Of a stretch of 64,000 nucleotides of DNA, positions 1 to 10,089 are shown in pieces (positions within the stretch are counted from its first letter, which is position 1; each line of letters begins with the position of its first letter). Under the pieces are notes generated by a model, which was not told the DNA's origin, did no database searches, and saw nothing but the letters and a program-made list of their open reading frames with translations. The position numbers were made by a program, and so were the translations under genes. The stretch lies in the NCBI GenBank assembly GCA_951812345.1, contig OX638295.1:748497-812496 (forward strand), written 5' to 3'. This stretch comes from Rhodothermales bacterium. GTDB taxonomy: Bacteria > Bacteroidota > Rhodothermia > Rhodothermales > VXPQ01.

Positions 1-155
1 TGCTGGGACGTCCCGAACAGACCATCGTTACCGTGGTACAGCCGCGCGTCGTGGTGGAAGAGGTCGACGAGCTTGAAGGCGAAGCGGCCGAAGGCGATGC
101 AGATGCAGACGAGGCGGCCGATTCCGGAGAGGAGAATGAAGAGGGCGATGCATAA
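1..155 (+). CDS. rplY: 3' end of 50S ribosomal protein L25/Ctc (partial)
   Basis: Frame from nt 3 reads LGRPEQTIVTVVQPRVVVEEVDELEGEAAEGDADADEAADSGEENEEGDA*. This acidic tail is typical of Ctc, and the gene lies directly upstream of pth (conserved order). Confidence 0.8.
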   Translation, partial: LGRPEQTIVTVVQPRVVVEEVDELEGEAAEGDADADEAADSGEENEEGDA

Positions 156-170
156 TCGTCGTAGCCGGCC

Positions 171-755
171 ATGTCGAAATCGAAGCGCCTCATCGTCGGG
201 CTGGGAAATCCGGGCCCGGAATATGAAGCGACGCGGCACAACATCGGATTCGAGGTGGCCGATGCAGTTGCAGAACGTGCCGGAGCGGTCTTCGAGCATG
301 GACGCGGGAATATATTGTTGGGGTGGGGGCGTATTCGCAGTTACCCCGTCGGAATCGCCAAGCCGCTGACCTTCATGAACCGCAGCGGCAAAGCCATTAG
401 CACATTGCTTGGTATCTGGCGCATGGATCCCCGGCAAATGCTCGTGATCGTGGACGATATCAACCTTGCGCCGGGCCGGTTGCGGTTGCGCGCTTCCGGG
501 AGCGCAGGCGGACATAACGGCGTGCAGGATATTGTCGATCGTCTTGGCCATCACGATTTTCCCCGGCTTCGCGTCGGCGTCGGCAACGACTTTTCTCGAG
601 GCGGACAAGTACAGCATGTCCTGTCCCCTTTTCCCCCCCAGGAACGATTGTCCATTGACGAGGCCGTGATCCGGGCCCGCAACGCTGCAGAGGCGTTCGT
701 GTGCGAAGGCATTTCGGTCGCCATGAACCGATTCAACAGAGACGTAACCCAATGA
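171..755 (+). CDS. pth: peptidyl-tRNA hydrolase
   Basis: [26 protein letters not shown] and GGHNG motifs. Catalytic-region HD reads VDD here. Confidence 0.95.
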   Translation: MSKSKRLIVGLGNPGPEYEATRHNIGFEVADAVAERAGAVFEHGRGNILLGWGRIRSYPVGIAKPLTFMNRSGKAISTLLGIWRMDPRQMLVIVDDINLAPGRLRLRASGSAGGHNGVQDIVDRLGHHDFPRLRVGVGNDFSRGGQVQHVLSPFPPQERLSIDEAVIRARNAAEAFVCEGISVAMNRFNRDVTQ

Positions 756-2830
756 CTGCCGAAACGATAGTTTTTCTCGTTCCTGCTGCCGGCCTGCTGG
801 CGTTGGCCTATGCTTTTCTGCGGACGCGCTGGATTAGTCGCCAGAGTACGGGTACGGAAAAGATGGTGGAGATCGCCGGGTACATTGCGGATGGCGCCCG
901 GGCGTTTCTGCGCCGGGAGTACCGCGTGCTTTCGATTTTTGTGGTGGTGGTGGCCGCCTTTCTGGCTGTGGCGGGCATGGCTGTGCCGGACACGTCCTGG
1001 CTCATTGCCGTTTCGTTCGTGACCGGCGCGTTGGCTTCCGGTCTGGCCGGGTTTATCGGGATGACCGTCGCGACGCGCGCCAACGTCCGCACGACCAATG
1101 CGGCGCGGACCGGCCTGGCCCCGGCGCTTAACGTGGCGTTTTCGGGCGGTCTGGTGATGGGTTTGAGCGTGGTGGGATTGGGCGTTCTGGGACTTGGGGG
1201 GCTTTTCCTCGTGTACAGTGGCGCTGGATGGGAAGCCGCGAAGATTATCCAGGTCATTTCCGGCTTTTCGCTGGGGGCTTCTTCCATCGCACTCTTTGCG
1301 CGCGTGGGCGGCGGGATCTATACGAAGGCTGCCGATGTGGGCGCCGATCTGGCCGGCAAGGTATATGAGGGCATCCCCGAAGACGACCCGCGCAATCCCG
1401 CCACGATCGCGGACAATGTGGGGGACAACGTAGGAGATGTGGCCGGCATGGGGGCCGATCTCTTCGAGTCGTTCGTCGGCTCTATTATCGCCGCCATGGT
1501 TCTCGGCATCGTGTTCATCGGCTCCTTTGCAGAGGCCGGCGTGGCGGAACTCAGCGGCGTTACGCTGCCTCTGGTGCTTGCGGGCGTCGGCGTGGTCGTT
1601 TCGATTCTCGGTTCGCTGGTGGTCAAAGTGAAGGAAGGAGGGAACCCGCAGAAGGCGCTCAACACCGGCCAATTCGGAGCGACGGGTCTAATGGCCGTAC
1701 TGGCGTATTTCATCATCCGGGGCATGTTGCCGGCGCAGTGGGAAGCCGCGGGCGTGGAATACACCTCGCTGGGCGTGTTCTGGGCCGTGCTGATCGGATT
1801 GCTTGTAGGGGTTTCCATCGGGCTTGTCACGGAGTACTACACGTCTACGCAGGGACGCCCGGCGCACGGCATCGCCAGGCAAAGCGTTACCGGATCCGCC
1901 ACGAATATCATTGCCGGTCTCGGGGTAGGCATGTTTTCCACGGGTTTTCCGGCCGTCATTCTGGCCCTGGCGATTCTTGGAGTATATCATTTTGCCGGGC
2001 TCTACGGCATCGCCATTTCGGCGGTGGGCATGTTGTCGGTGACCGGCATTCAGCTTGCGGTCGATGCGTACGGGCCGATCTCCGACAATGCAGGCGGCAT
2101 TGCGGAGATGGCCGGGTTGCCCGAAGAGGTCCGGGCGCGCACCGACAAACTCGACGCGGTCGGGAATACCACGGCGGCGATCGGGAAGGGATTCGCCATC
2201 GGTTCCGCCGCGCTGACGGCGCTGGCCCTTTTCAATGCATTCATACAGCAGGCGGATGTACCCGACATCGATGTGGCCAATCCGCGTATCTTGTCCGGAT
2301 TGCTGCTCGGGGCCATGTTGCCGTACGTGTTCAGCGCCATGGCGATGGGGGCCGTGGGCCGGGCGGCCGGTCGCATGATTGTCGAGGTAGGACGACAATT
2401 CCGGGAAATTCCCGGGCTGCGTGAAGGCAAGGTCCCGGCCGACCACACCCGGTGCGTGGATATTTCCACGAAGGCGGCCATTCGCGAGATGATTGCGCCG
2501 GGCCTGTTGGCGATCGCGGCGCCGGTCATCGTGGGCTTCATCGACAAAAGCATGTTGGGCGGGCTGCTGGCCGGTGTGCTGGTTTCCGGCGTGCTTTTCG
2601 CTATTTTTCAAGCGAATGCCGGCGGCGCCTGGGATAATGCCAAGAAGTTGATCGAAGGGAACATTTCTATCGACGGGACCATGTACGGAAAAGGAAGCGA
2701 TGCTCACAAGGCTTCCGTAGTAGGCGATACGGTGGGCGATCCGCTCAAGGATACGAGTGGCCCCAGTTTGAATATTCTGATTAAATTGATTGCGGTGGTG
2801 GCACTGGTAATTGCGCCGCTTATCGCATAA
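752..2830 (+). CDS. hppA: membrane-bound K+-dependent, probably Na+-translocating pyrophosphatase
   Basis: [24 protein letters not shown] and [14 protein letters not shown] motifs. GNTTAA is the K+-dependent signature and DLFES matches the Na+-PPase glutamate position. ATG at 752 overlaps the pth stop (ATGA). Confidence 0.93.
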   Translation: MTAETIVFLVPAAGLLALAYAFLRTRWISRQSTGTEKMVEIAGYIADGARAFLRREYRVLSIFVVVVAAFLAVAGMAVPDTSWLIAVSFVTGALASGLAGFIGMTVATRANVRTTNAARTGLAPALNVAFSGGLVMGLSVVGLGVLGLGGLFLVYSGAGWEAAKIIQVISGFSLGASSIALFARVGGGIYTKAADVGADLAGKVYEGIPEDDPRNPATIADNVGDNVGDVAGMGADLFESFVGSIIAAMVLGIVFIGSFAEAGVAELSGVTLPLVLAGVGVVVSILGSLVVKVKEGGNPQKALNTGQFGATGLMAVLAYFIIRGMLPAQWEAAGVEYTSLGVFWAVLIGLLVGVSIGLVTEYYTSTQGRPAHGIARQSVTGSATNIIAGLGVGMFSTGFPAVILALAILGVYHFAGLYGIAISAVGMLSVTGIQLAVDAYGPISDNAGGIAEMAGLPEEVRARTDKLDAVGNTTAAIGKGFAIGSAALTALALFNAFIQQADVPDIDVANPRILSGLLLGAMLPYVFSAMAMGAVGRAAGRMIVEVGRQFREIPGLREGKVPADHTRCVDISTKAAIREMIAPGLLAIAAPVIVGFIDKSMLGGLLAGVLVSGVLFAIFQANAGGAWDNAKKLIEGNISIDGTMYGKGSDAHKASVVGDTVGDPLKDTSGPSLNILIKLIAVVALVIAPLIA

Positions 2831-2872
2831 AATACGTTCGCGTGTCCCGGTACCAATTATCGCAAAACGGAT

Positions 2873-4207
2873 ATGGCCAGGGTTGAAATCACCATGCCCC
2901 AAATGGGCGAGAGTATCACCGAGGGCACGGTGGTCGAGTGGCATAAGAAGCCCGGCGAGCGCATCGAGCAGGACGAAACGCTGCTTGAGATAGGAACCGA
3001 CAAAGTCGATACCGATGTGCCGTCGCCTGCCGGGGGCGTTGTGACCGAGATTCTGGTGGCAGAGGGCGAGACGGTAGATGTGGGAACGTTGCTTGCCGTG
3101 ATTTCGGACGAGAAGGAGGAAGCGCCCAAAGCGCCCGAACCGGCCCCTGAGCCGGTCAGCGAGCCTCCGGAACCGTTTCCCAAGCCGGCCCCCGAACCCC
3201 CTGCTCCGGTTGTGTCCGCTTCGCTGGAGCCGCCGTCCGACGACGATACCGAGGCTGCTGCGTTCGCCCCGAGGGGCGCTGCCGCTCCGAAGGAGGGCGC
3301 AAGCGACTCGTTCTTCTCGCCGCTGGTGCGCTCCATTGCCGAACAGGAAGGGGTAAGCACTTCCGAACTCCAATCTATCGCAGGCTCTGGTCGGGACGGG
3401 CGAGTCACGAAGAAGGATGTGCTCGATTACGTGGCCAGCCGGTCAGAGGATGGGGACGGATTTCCGGAGCCGCAGCAACCTGTCGAGCCTGCCGAAGGGC
3501 CGGAGGTGCGGGTTGTTAAAATGGACCGCACCCGGAAGATCATTGCGGAGCACATGGTTCGCTCGAAGGCGACTTCTCCGCATGTGACCTCCTTTGCGGA
3601 AGCGGACATGACGGATCTTGTCTCCTTCATCCAGCGGGAAAAAGAGGCGTTTCTGGAGCGGGAGGGCGCCAAATTGACCTATACCCCGTTTTTTGTCCAT
3701 GCGGCCATAGAAGCGCTCCGCGAGCATCCGGTGCTGAACGCATCCGTGGACGGAGACGAGATTATGCTGCGGGACGATTACCATATCAATATTGCGGTGG
3801 CTGTCGGCAAGACCGGCTTGGTTGCTCCGGTCATTCGCAATGCAGGGCGTCAATCTTTCGCCGATCTGGCGCGGTCGGTGGCGGACATTTCCGACCGGGC
3901 GCGCAACAAACGGCTGCATCCCGACGACTTGCAAGGCGGCACGTTCACTATCACGAACATTGGCCCGATAGGGGGGCTCAAGGGGACGCCCATCATCAAC
4001 CAGCCCCAGGTGGCTATTCTTGCCGTCGGGCGAATCCAGAAGCGTCCGGTGGTTATCGAAGACCCGAAACTCGGCGATGTGATCGCCGTACGGCAGATGG
4101 CCTGGTTGTCTCTTTCCTACGACCACCGCATTATCGATGGGGCCATGGCTTCTTCATTTCTCACGACTTTTGTCCGCATCATGGAATCGATGGGTACCGG
4201 TTCCTGA
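2873..4207 (+). CDS. 2-oxoacid dehydrogenase E2 (dihydrolipoamide acyltransferase, SucB-like)
   Basis: Lipoyl domain TDKVD, Pro/Ala linker, E3-binding GSGRDGRVTKKDV, catalytic SYDHRIIDG. Confidence 0.93.
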   Translation: MARVEITMPQMGESITEGTVVEWHKKPGERIEQDETLLEIGTDKVDTDVPSPAGGVVTEILVAEGETVDVGTLLAVISDEKEEAPKAPEPAPEPVSEPPEPFPKPAPEPPAPVVSASLEPPSDDDTEAAAFAPRGAAAPKEGASDSFFSPLVRSIAEQEGVSTSELQSIAGSGRDGRVTKKDVLDYVASRSEDGDGFPEPQQPVEPAEGPEVRVVKMDRTRKIIAEHMVRSKATSPHVTSFAEADMTDLVSFIQREKEAFLEREGAKLTYTPFFVHAAIEALREHPVLNASVDGDEIMLRDDYHINIAVAVGKTGLVAPVIRNAGRQSFADLARSVADISDRARNKRLHPDDLQGGTFTITNIGPIGGLKGTPIINQPQVAILAVGRIQKRPVVIEDPKLGDVIAVRQMAWLSLSYDHRIIDGAMASSFLTTFVRIMESMGTGS

Positions 4208-4228
4208 ACGTGAAGCGCTGATCAAAGC

Positions 4229-4247
4229 GGTTTTGGTCAGAGTATCC
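4229..4247 (-). repeat. dispersed IS5-end-like motif GGATACTCTGACCAAAACC
   Basis: 18/19 match to 10027-10045 in the opposite orientation. Also forms an imperfect hairpin with CTGATCAAA at 4218-4226. Confidence 0.6.
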
Positions 4248-4334
4248 TGCAATTCCGTTATTGCATTTGATGTGCCGGGTGGCTATTCTGTGGTGTATCG
4301 CAGGATGCTTCATCATGGGTAATCATGGGCAATA

Positions 4335-5285
4335 ATGGCTTCGTCACATATCGAATCCCTCAAACTGACAACCGGTGAGCTTGCAAAGCGGTTGCAGGAT
4401 TTTCAGAGGGAGTACCTCAGGGAAAAGAGCGCCGATACGGTGGGGACCTATAGCAGGGCGCTCCGCGAATTCGAGCGGTGGTTTGCCGGGCAGGCCGACA
4501 CATTTTTTTTCTCGGAGGCTGGGGTCCAGTCGTACAAAGACTATCTGGAGACGCGCTCGCTGAAAAAGGCATCCGTATCCACCTATTTGACTGCTTTGCG
4601 GCAGTTCTGCCAATATCTTGTCGACATCGGCCTGATGGACGAGAACCCGGCTCGCGCCGTGAAGGGGAACCCCCGGCCGGAGGAGCACTCTCGCGCGGTA
4701 CTTACGGAAGCGGATATCCGGCAGTTATTGGGCGTACTTGACGATACGACCCTGCTTGGGAAACGGGATCAGGCCATCGTGCACCTGATGCTGTTCGGAG
4801 GACTCAGCGAGATCGAGGTCGTACGGGCCAATGTACGGGACATCGACCACATGTTGGACGGAACCTTCCTGCGGGTGCAGGGCAAGGGGCGCGCCGGCAA
4901 GGATCGACAGGCGCCGCTGGATCCTCCGGTGATCGAAAAAATAGAGCGTTATCTGGAAGCGCGCGATTCCGTGCTGCCCGAACATCCGTTATTCGTGTCT
5001 CACGGCCATCGCTCGAACGGGCAGCGCCTGAACACGCGTTCCGTCCGAAGCCGGATCAACCGGTATCTGACGGCGGCCAACCTGAAACGGGACCGGGACC
5101 AAGACCCCAAAGTCAGCCCGCACAGCCTCACGCACACGGCGCCTATCATCTGGCTGAACAAAGGTATGGATACCAAGGAGGTCCAGACGCGCATGCGGCA
5201 CGGTACGCTCGACACGACCCGGATTTACGAGAAGAGGAAAGAGAAGTTACAGGAGAATCCTGAACAGGGAAAGGAGATCGTATAG
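4335..5285 (+). CDS. tyrosine recombinase/integrase-fold protein with both catalytic arginines substituted
   Basis: SAM-like N-terminal domain and box motifs RDQAIVHLML-GLSEIE, VQGKG, PHSLTHT and MRH-x4-TTRIY. Confidence 0.85.
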   Translation: MASSHIESLKLTTGELAKRLQDFQREYLREKSADTVGTYSRALREFERWFAGQADTFFFSEAGVQSYKDYLETRSLKKASVSTYLTALRQFCQYLVDIGLMDENPARAVKGNPRPEEHSRAVLTEADIRQLLGVLDDTTLLGKRDQAIVHLMLFGGLSEIEVVRANVRDIDHMLDGTFLRVQGKGRAGKDRQAPLDPPVIEKIERYLEARDSVLPEHPLFVSHGHRSNGQRLNTRSVRSRINRYLTAANLKRDRDQDPKVSPHSLTHTAPIIWLNKGMDTKEVQTRMRHGTLDTTRIYEKRKEKLQENPEQGKEIV

Positions 5286-5296
5286 TAGTGACAGGG

Positions 5297-6283
5297 TCAG
5301 ATCCCCGTGCGTACGGTGATCTGATGCAGGCCGCCGAGGGTGGACCAGGAATTGAAGGCGTAGTCGAAACGGAAGCTCGCCACCCGGATTCCGCACCCCA
5401 CGCCCACGCCGGCCAGATCCAGCCGATTTTTCATTTTCAGGTCCTGATGCTGCCGGTGGTTGTATCCGAGCCGGATCCGGAACGCATCGCTGAAAAAGAA
5501 TTCTCCTCCGACGGCTACGTGCCGGAGCACGCCCGACGCCGCGCTCCGGCCTTCGCTTTCTTCGCCTATCCGGTTCAGGTTGTAGCCCGACACGGCGATA
5601 AGCAGCGGCAGATGCCGCAAGCGTTTCGAGACCCCTACGCGCAGATCGACCGGCAGCGTATCCCTGAGCGAGCCGAGCGCATCCGCCACAATGCCTATGT
5701 TATGCACGGAGGCGCTCAGGGCCAGTTGCTGTTCGGGAAAATGATAGAGCACGCCGGCGTCTGCGGCGAAGGCCGATGCGCTGGCTGTTCCGACGCTTGA
5801 GAACGCCGCGTGGAGGTTCGCGCCGTACCGCAAGTGTTCGTCGTGAGCGCGTGCCCAGGATGCGGTGAGCGCCGCGTCGTTTGCGCCGAAGCTTTCCGTG
5901 GCGTTGCCGGCTGCATCGTATCCATCGGTGCTGCCCCAGGTTACGTAGCGCAATCCCGCGCCCAGCGTACCGACGCCTTCCCAATGCCGGGCATGCGATA
6001 CGAACCCCGCATGGATGCCCCCCAGATGGTTGAGGTACGTGACGGAGAGCGTGCGGTGCATTTCCGGGTTGAGCAGGGCCGGATTGTAGAAGAGTGCGTT
6101 GACATCTTCATCGTATACGGCGGAGAATGCGCCGGCCAGCGAGGCGGCCCGCGCGGAAGGGGCAAGCCGCAGGAACGAGAAGGTGGTGGCCGGTCCGGGT
6201 TGGGCCGCCGCCGGAAGGGCGCTCGTCCCGGTCAGGACAAGGATTACCGCAAGGAAGACGGGGCGGACATAAGGAGTACGCAT
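5297..6283 (-). CDS. PorV/PorQ-family (T9SS-associated) outer-membrane beta-barrel
   Basis: Signal peptide, FLRLAPSARAASLAGA and ALFYNPA motifs, amphipathic strands to the C-terminus. Confidence 0.75.
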   Translation of the reverse strand: MRTPYVRPVFLAVILVLTGTSALPAAAQPGPATTFSFLRLAPSARAASLAGAFSAVYDEDVNALFYNPALLNPEMHRTLSVTYLNHLGGIHAGFVSHARHWEGVGTLGAGLRYVTWGSTDGYDAAGNATESFGANDAALTASWARAHDEHLRYGANLHAAFSSVGTASASAFAADAGVLYHFPEQQLALSASVHNIGIVADALGSLRDTLPVDLRVGVSKRLRHLPLLIAVSGYNLNRIGEESEGRSAASGVLRHVAVGGEFFFSDAFRIRLGYNHRQHQDLKMKNRLDLAGVGVGCGIRVASFRFDYAFNSWSTLGGLHQITVRTGI

Positions 6284-6465
6284 GCTATACCAACGGAGAT
6301 AGGGGCCTGATGTTGCCTGTGAAGATGCTAAACCACGGAGCTTTTGTCTTCCCCTTCACAAGGAACGGTTTTTGCTGTTCGGCGTGATAGTCTGCTACCT
6401 GTCAGTTTGTCGGGGTTTTCTGCAGGCAAACCGATTTTTTCCTTTATTTCCGCGCCCTGCGCACC

Positions 6466-9400
6466 ATGATAGATTTCTTCAAATTGCTGTTCGGCGACAA
6501 GAACGAACGGGAGCTGAAGCGGCTCTGGCCGGTTGTCGAGCGCATCAATGCCGCCTGCGAGGACCTGTCCGGCCTTTCGGACGAGGAACTGCGGGCCAGA
6601 ACGGACGATTTCCGGCAACGCATCCGGGAAGCCGTTGTGGACAACGAAGCGAGCCAGGAAGCGCTGCGCGGCAAGTTGGGCAGCGCCGTTTCCGCGCCGG
6701 AGCAGGATACGTCTGCTGCGGACGAAACGGCGCTCCCTGCATTTTCGGGGAACGGGGTCGGGACCGATAACGACAAGGAACTCTCGCCGGAACAGCACCG
6801 GGCGCTTTTCGACGAGCTTGACGGGCTGGAAGAAGAGTGGCTGGAGATTGTAGAGGAAGTGCTCGACAGCATGGTTGCGGAAGCGTTTGCCGTCGTCAAG
6901 GAGACGTGCCGCCGCCTGCTGGGCAGGGAATGGGAAGCCGGAGGCATCAGCATTTCCTGGGATATGGTGCCGTACGATGCCCAGTTGCTGGGTGGAGTGG
7001 TGCTGCACCAGGGGCGCATTGCCGAGATGAAGACGGGCGAGGGGAAAACGCTCGTGGCTGTCATGCCGATCTATCTCAACGCGCTGGCGGACCGCGGGGT
7101 GCATGTGGTCACGGTTAACCCGTATCTGGCGCAGCGCGATGCGGAATGGATGGGGCCGGTGTTCGAGTTTCACGGCCTCACGGTGGATGTTATCGACAAG
7201 CACGAGTCGCACACGGAAGGCCGGCGCAAGGCATACCGCGCCGACATCACCTACGGCACGAACAACGAGTTCGGTTTCGACTACCTGAGAGATAATTCGT
7301 TTGTGTCCGAGCAGGAACAGTTGGTGCAGCGCGGCCACCATTTTGCGATCGTGGACGAGGTGGATTCCGTGCTGATCGACGAGGCGCGCACGCCGCTTAT
7401 TATTTCCGGACCCGTGCCGAAAGCGAACGACAGCCGTTTTACGGAACTGCAGCCCGTCATCGAAAAACTGGTCTACGCGCAGCAGAAGGCCGTGGCGGGA
7501 TTTGCGTCCGAAGCAGAGCGGCAGTTACGCGAACGGGACCGGGCCGAGGAAGCCGGCGACCGCAAGACCGCCTCGGATATGGAGGGTGAAGCCGGTCTTG
7601 CTCTTCTGCGCGCCAATCGCGGGTTCCCCCGCAACAAGAAGCTCCAGAAGCTGCTTCAGGAAACGGGCGTGGCGCAACTGCTGCGCAAGACGGAGTTCTT
7701 CTACTTGCAGGATAATGCGAAGCATATGCCGCTGGTGGATGAGCCATTGCTCTTTGCCCTCGAGGAGAAACAGCACGCTATCGAAATGACGGAGCAGGGG
7801 CGCGAGTTTGCGGCGCGGGCGGCCGGGGAAGACACCGATCTGTTCGTACTCCCCGACATGGGTGACAAGATTGCCTCCATAGAAGGCCGCTACGCGGAAC
7901 GGCGACAGAAGATCGAGGAGGCCATTGAAGCAGATGCTTCAATGGATGATGAGAAAAAGGAAAACAAACGAATGAACGATGTGCGCCTTCTCGGCAAGGA
8001 AGAGGAGGAGGAAAAACGCACGCTCTACACGCTGTATTCGGAAAGGGCGGAGCGTCTGCACGCCATCGAGCAGTTGCTCAAGGCCTATACCCTGTACGAG
8101 AAAGATGTGGAATACATCGTACAGGAAGGGCGGGTCCAGATCGTGGACGAACATACCGGCCGGGTGCTTTCCGGGCGGCGGTATTCCGACGGGTTGCACC
8201 AGGCGATCGAAGCCAAAGAGAAGGTGCAGGTGCAGGCAGCGACGCAGACGTACGCCACCATCACGCTTCAGAATTATTTCCGGATGTACGACAAGCTCTC
8301 CGGCATGACGGGCACCGCCGAAACGGAAGCTGAAGAGTTCTGGAAAATCTATGAGATGGATGTGGTGGTCGTTCCGACGAACCGGCCTATCACGCGAGAC
8401 GACCTGGACGATCTCGTATTCAGAACGAAGCGGGAGAAATACCGCGCCGCCATCGATAAAATTGCCGAGTACAACAAAGCAGGACGGCCCGTGCTGGTGG
8501 GCACCACCTCTGTAGACGTATCGGAAACCCTGTCCCGTATGCTCAAGCGGTCGGGCATTCGCCATAACGTGCTGAATGCGCGCCGTGACCGGGCGAAAGC
8601 GGAGGCCGACATTGTTGCCGAAGCCGGTCAGCGCGGAGCTGTAACGATCGCCACGAACATGGCCGGGCGCGGTACGGACATCAAACTGGGCGCCGGTGTA
8701 ATCAAGGCCGGGGGACTGGCCATTCTCGGCACCGAGCGGCACGAGAGTCGCCGGATCGACTTGCAGTTACGCGGCCGGTCGGGCCGGCAGGGGGATCCGG
8801 GCGAAAGCCAGTTTTACGTATCCCTCGAAGACGACCTGATGCGTCTGTTCGGTTCGGACCGCGCCGCCAGGGTGATGGACCGGCTGAAGATGGAAGAGGG
8901 CGCCGTCATCACGCATCCGTGGGTAAACAAGAGCATCACCCGGGCGCAGAAAAAAGTCGAGCAAAACAATTTTTCCATTCGCAAGCGGCAGCTCGAATAC
9001 GACGATGTGCTCAATTCGCAGCGGCAGGTGATCTACGACCGCCGACTGCATGCGCTCAAGGGCGAGCGGTTCCATGGAGAAATCCTCGAAATGCTTCAGG
9101 ATGTCATCTCGAAGGTGGTGGAAAAGCATTACGGGGAAGGCACGCTGGACGAATTGCATGAGGAAGTCCTGCGCAAACTGGCGTTCGAGTTCGAGCTCGA
9201 ACGGGAAAGATTTGTGAGCCTTGGAGAAGACGGCGTGGGGCAGCTGATCTATGATGAGGCGATCTCGTTTTACCGGCGAAAACGGGATGCCTTGTCGCGC
9301 CCGTTCCACAAGGGCATGCAACAGGTGATGGAGCAGGATGAAGAGCGCCGCCCGGCGCGGGTGTTCGTGGACTTCACGGACGGGCGCCGTCTGCTGCGTG

Positions 9401-9969
9401 CGGTGGTGAAGGTGGAGGAGGCGGTAGGTACGGAAGGACGCATCATCAACGATACGCTCGAACGGACCGCCATGCTCAATATCATCGACGAGAAGTGGAT
9501 GGGGCACCTGCGGGAACTCGATGAGGTCAAGGAGGGGATCGGACTCCGGGCCTACGGACAGCGGGATCCGCTCGTCGAATACAAAATGGAGGCGTTCAAG
9601 CTCTTTGCGGAGATGATGGAGACGATCAACGAAGAGGTCGTTTCGTTCGTGTTCAAGGCGGGGCCGCTTGTCGCCGAGCAATCCGGTCGGTCTGCCCGCT
9701 CCGCCCCTGCGCGCCGCCGCCTCGATCCGAAGCGGGCGCGGGCGCGCCACGATTCCATGGAGCCGACCTACGGCGTCAAGTCGGGCGGAGGGCAGGCGGC
9801 GTCTGCCGACCGGGATCCGACCGCCCGGAAAGAGACCGTCGTCGTGGACCAGAAAATCGGACGCAACGAGAAAGTGACCATCCAGAATCCGTCTACCGGG
9901 CAAACGCAAACGCTCAAGTACAAACTTGCGGAGCGAAAACTTGCAGAGGGATGGGTACTGGTTTCCTGA
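6466..9969 (+). CDS. secA: preprotein translocase ATPase SecA
   Basis: EMKTGEGKT, DEVDSVLIDEARTPLIISG, ATNMAGRGTDI and QLRGRSGRQGDPG motifs. Confidence 0.99.
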   Translation: MIDFFKLLFGDKNERELKRLWPVVERINAACEDLSGLSDEELRARTDDFRQRIREAVVDNEASQEALRGKLGSAVSAPEQDTSAADETALPAFSGNGVGTDNDKELSPEQHRALFDELDGLEEEWLEIVEEVLDSMVAEAFAVVKETCRRLLGREWEAGGISISWDMVPYDAQLLGGVVLHQGRIAEMKTGEGKTLVAVMPIYLNALADRGVHVVTVNPYLAQRDAEWMGPVFEFHGLTVDVIDKHESHTEGRRKAYRADITYGTNNEFGFDYLRDNSFVSEQEQLVQRGHHFAIVDEVDSVLIDEARTPLIISGPVPKANDSRFTELQPVIEKLVYAQQKAVAGFASEAERQLRERDRAEEAGDRKTASDMEGEAGLALLRANRGFPRNKKLQKLLQETGVAQLLRKTEFFYLQDNAKHMPLVDEPLLFALEEKQHAIEMTEQGREFAARAAGEDTDLFVLPDMGDKIASIEGRYAERRQKIEEAIEADASMDDEKKENKRMNDVRLLGKEEEEEKRTLYTLYSERAERLHAIEQLLKAYTLYEKDVEYIVQEGRVQIVDEHTGRVLSGRRYSDGLHQAIEAKEKVQVQAATQTYATITLQNYFRMYDKLSGMTGTAETEAEEFWKIYEMDVVVVPTNRPITRDDLDDLVFRTKREKYRAAIDKIAEYNKAGRPVLVGTTSVDVSETLSRMLKRSGIRHNVLNARRDRAKAEADIVAEAGQRGAVTIATNMAGRGTDIKLGAGVIKAGGLAILGTERHESRRIDLQLRGRSGRQGDPGESQFYVSLEDDLMRLFGSDRAARVMDRLKMEEGAVITHPWVNKSITRAQKKVEQNNFSIRKRQLEYDDVLNSQRQVIYDRRLHALKGERFHGEILEMLQDVISKVVEKHYGEGTLDELHEEVLRKLAFEFELERERFVSLGEDGVGQLIYDEAISFYRRKRDALSRPFHKGMQQVMEQDEERRPARVFVDFTDGRRLLRAVVKVEEAVGTEGRIINDTLERTAMLNIIDEKWMGHLRELDEVKEGIGLRAYGQRDPLVEYKMEAFKLFAEMMETINEEVVSFVFKAGPLVAEQSGRSARSAPARRRLDPKRARARHDSMEPTYGVKSGGGQAASADRDPTARKETVVVDQKIGRNEKVTIQNPSTGQTQTLKYKLAERKLAEGWVLVS

Positions 9970-10026
9970 ACCGGGGTTATGTTCCGGGGTATTTTCTTGT
10001 CTGTTGCTGTGGAGATCCTCGTTTAA

Positions 10027-10062
10027 GGATACTCTGATCAAAACCACTTCGCTCAGCACTCC
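10027..10062 (+). repeat. dispersed IS5-end-like motif / possible miniature element
   Basis: TTAA followed by GGATACTCTGATCAAAACC, then a degenerate inverted end TCAGCACTCC. Confidence 0.55.
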
Positions 10063-10089
10063 ACGTTCGCTTAAGCATTTCGTGCTCCC

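Noticed and set aside
4335-5285. Prophage or integrative element marked by the recombinase
   Set aside because: The flanks are housekeeping genes, with no att repeats, phage genes or conjugation genes.
6466-9969. Unusually long SecA lacking the C-terminal Cys zinc motif
   Set aside because: Insertions and the KIGRNEKVTI-type tail are, to my knowledge, normal in Bacteroidota-related lineages.
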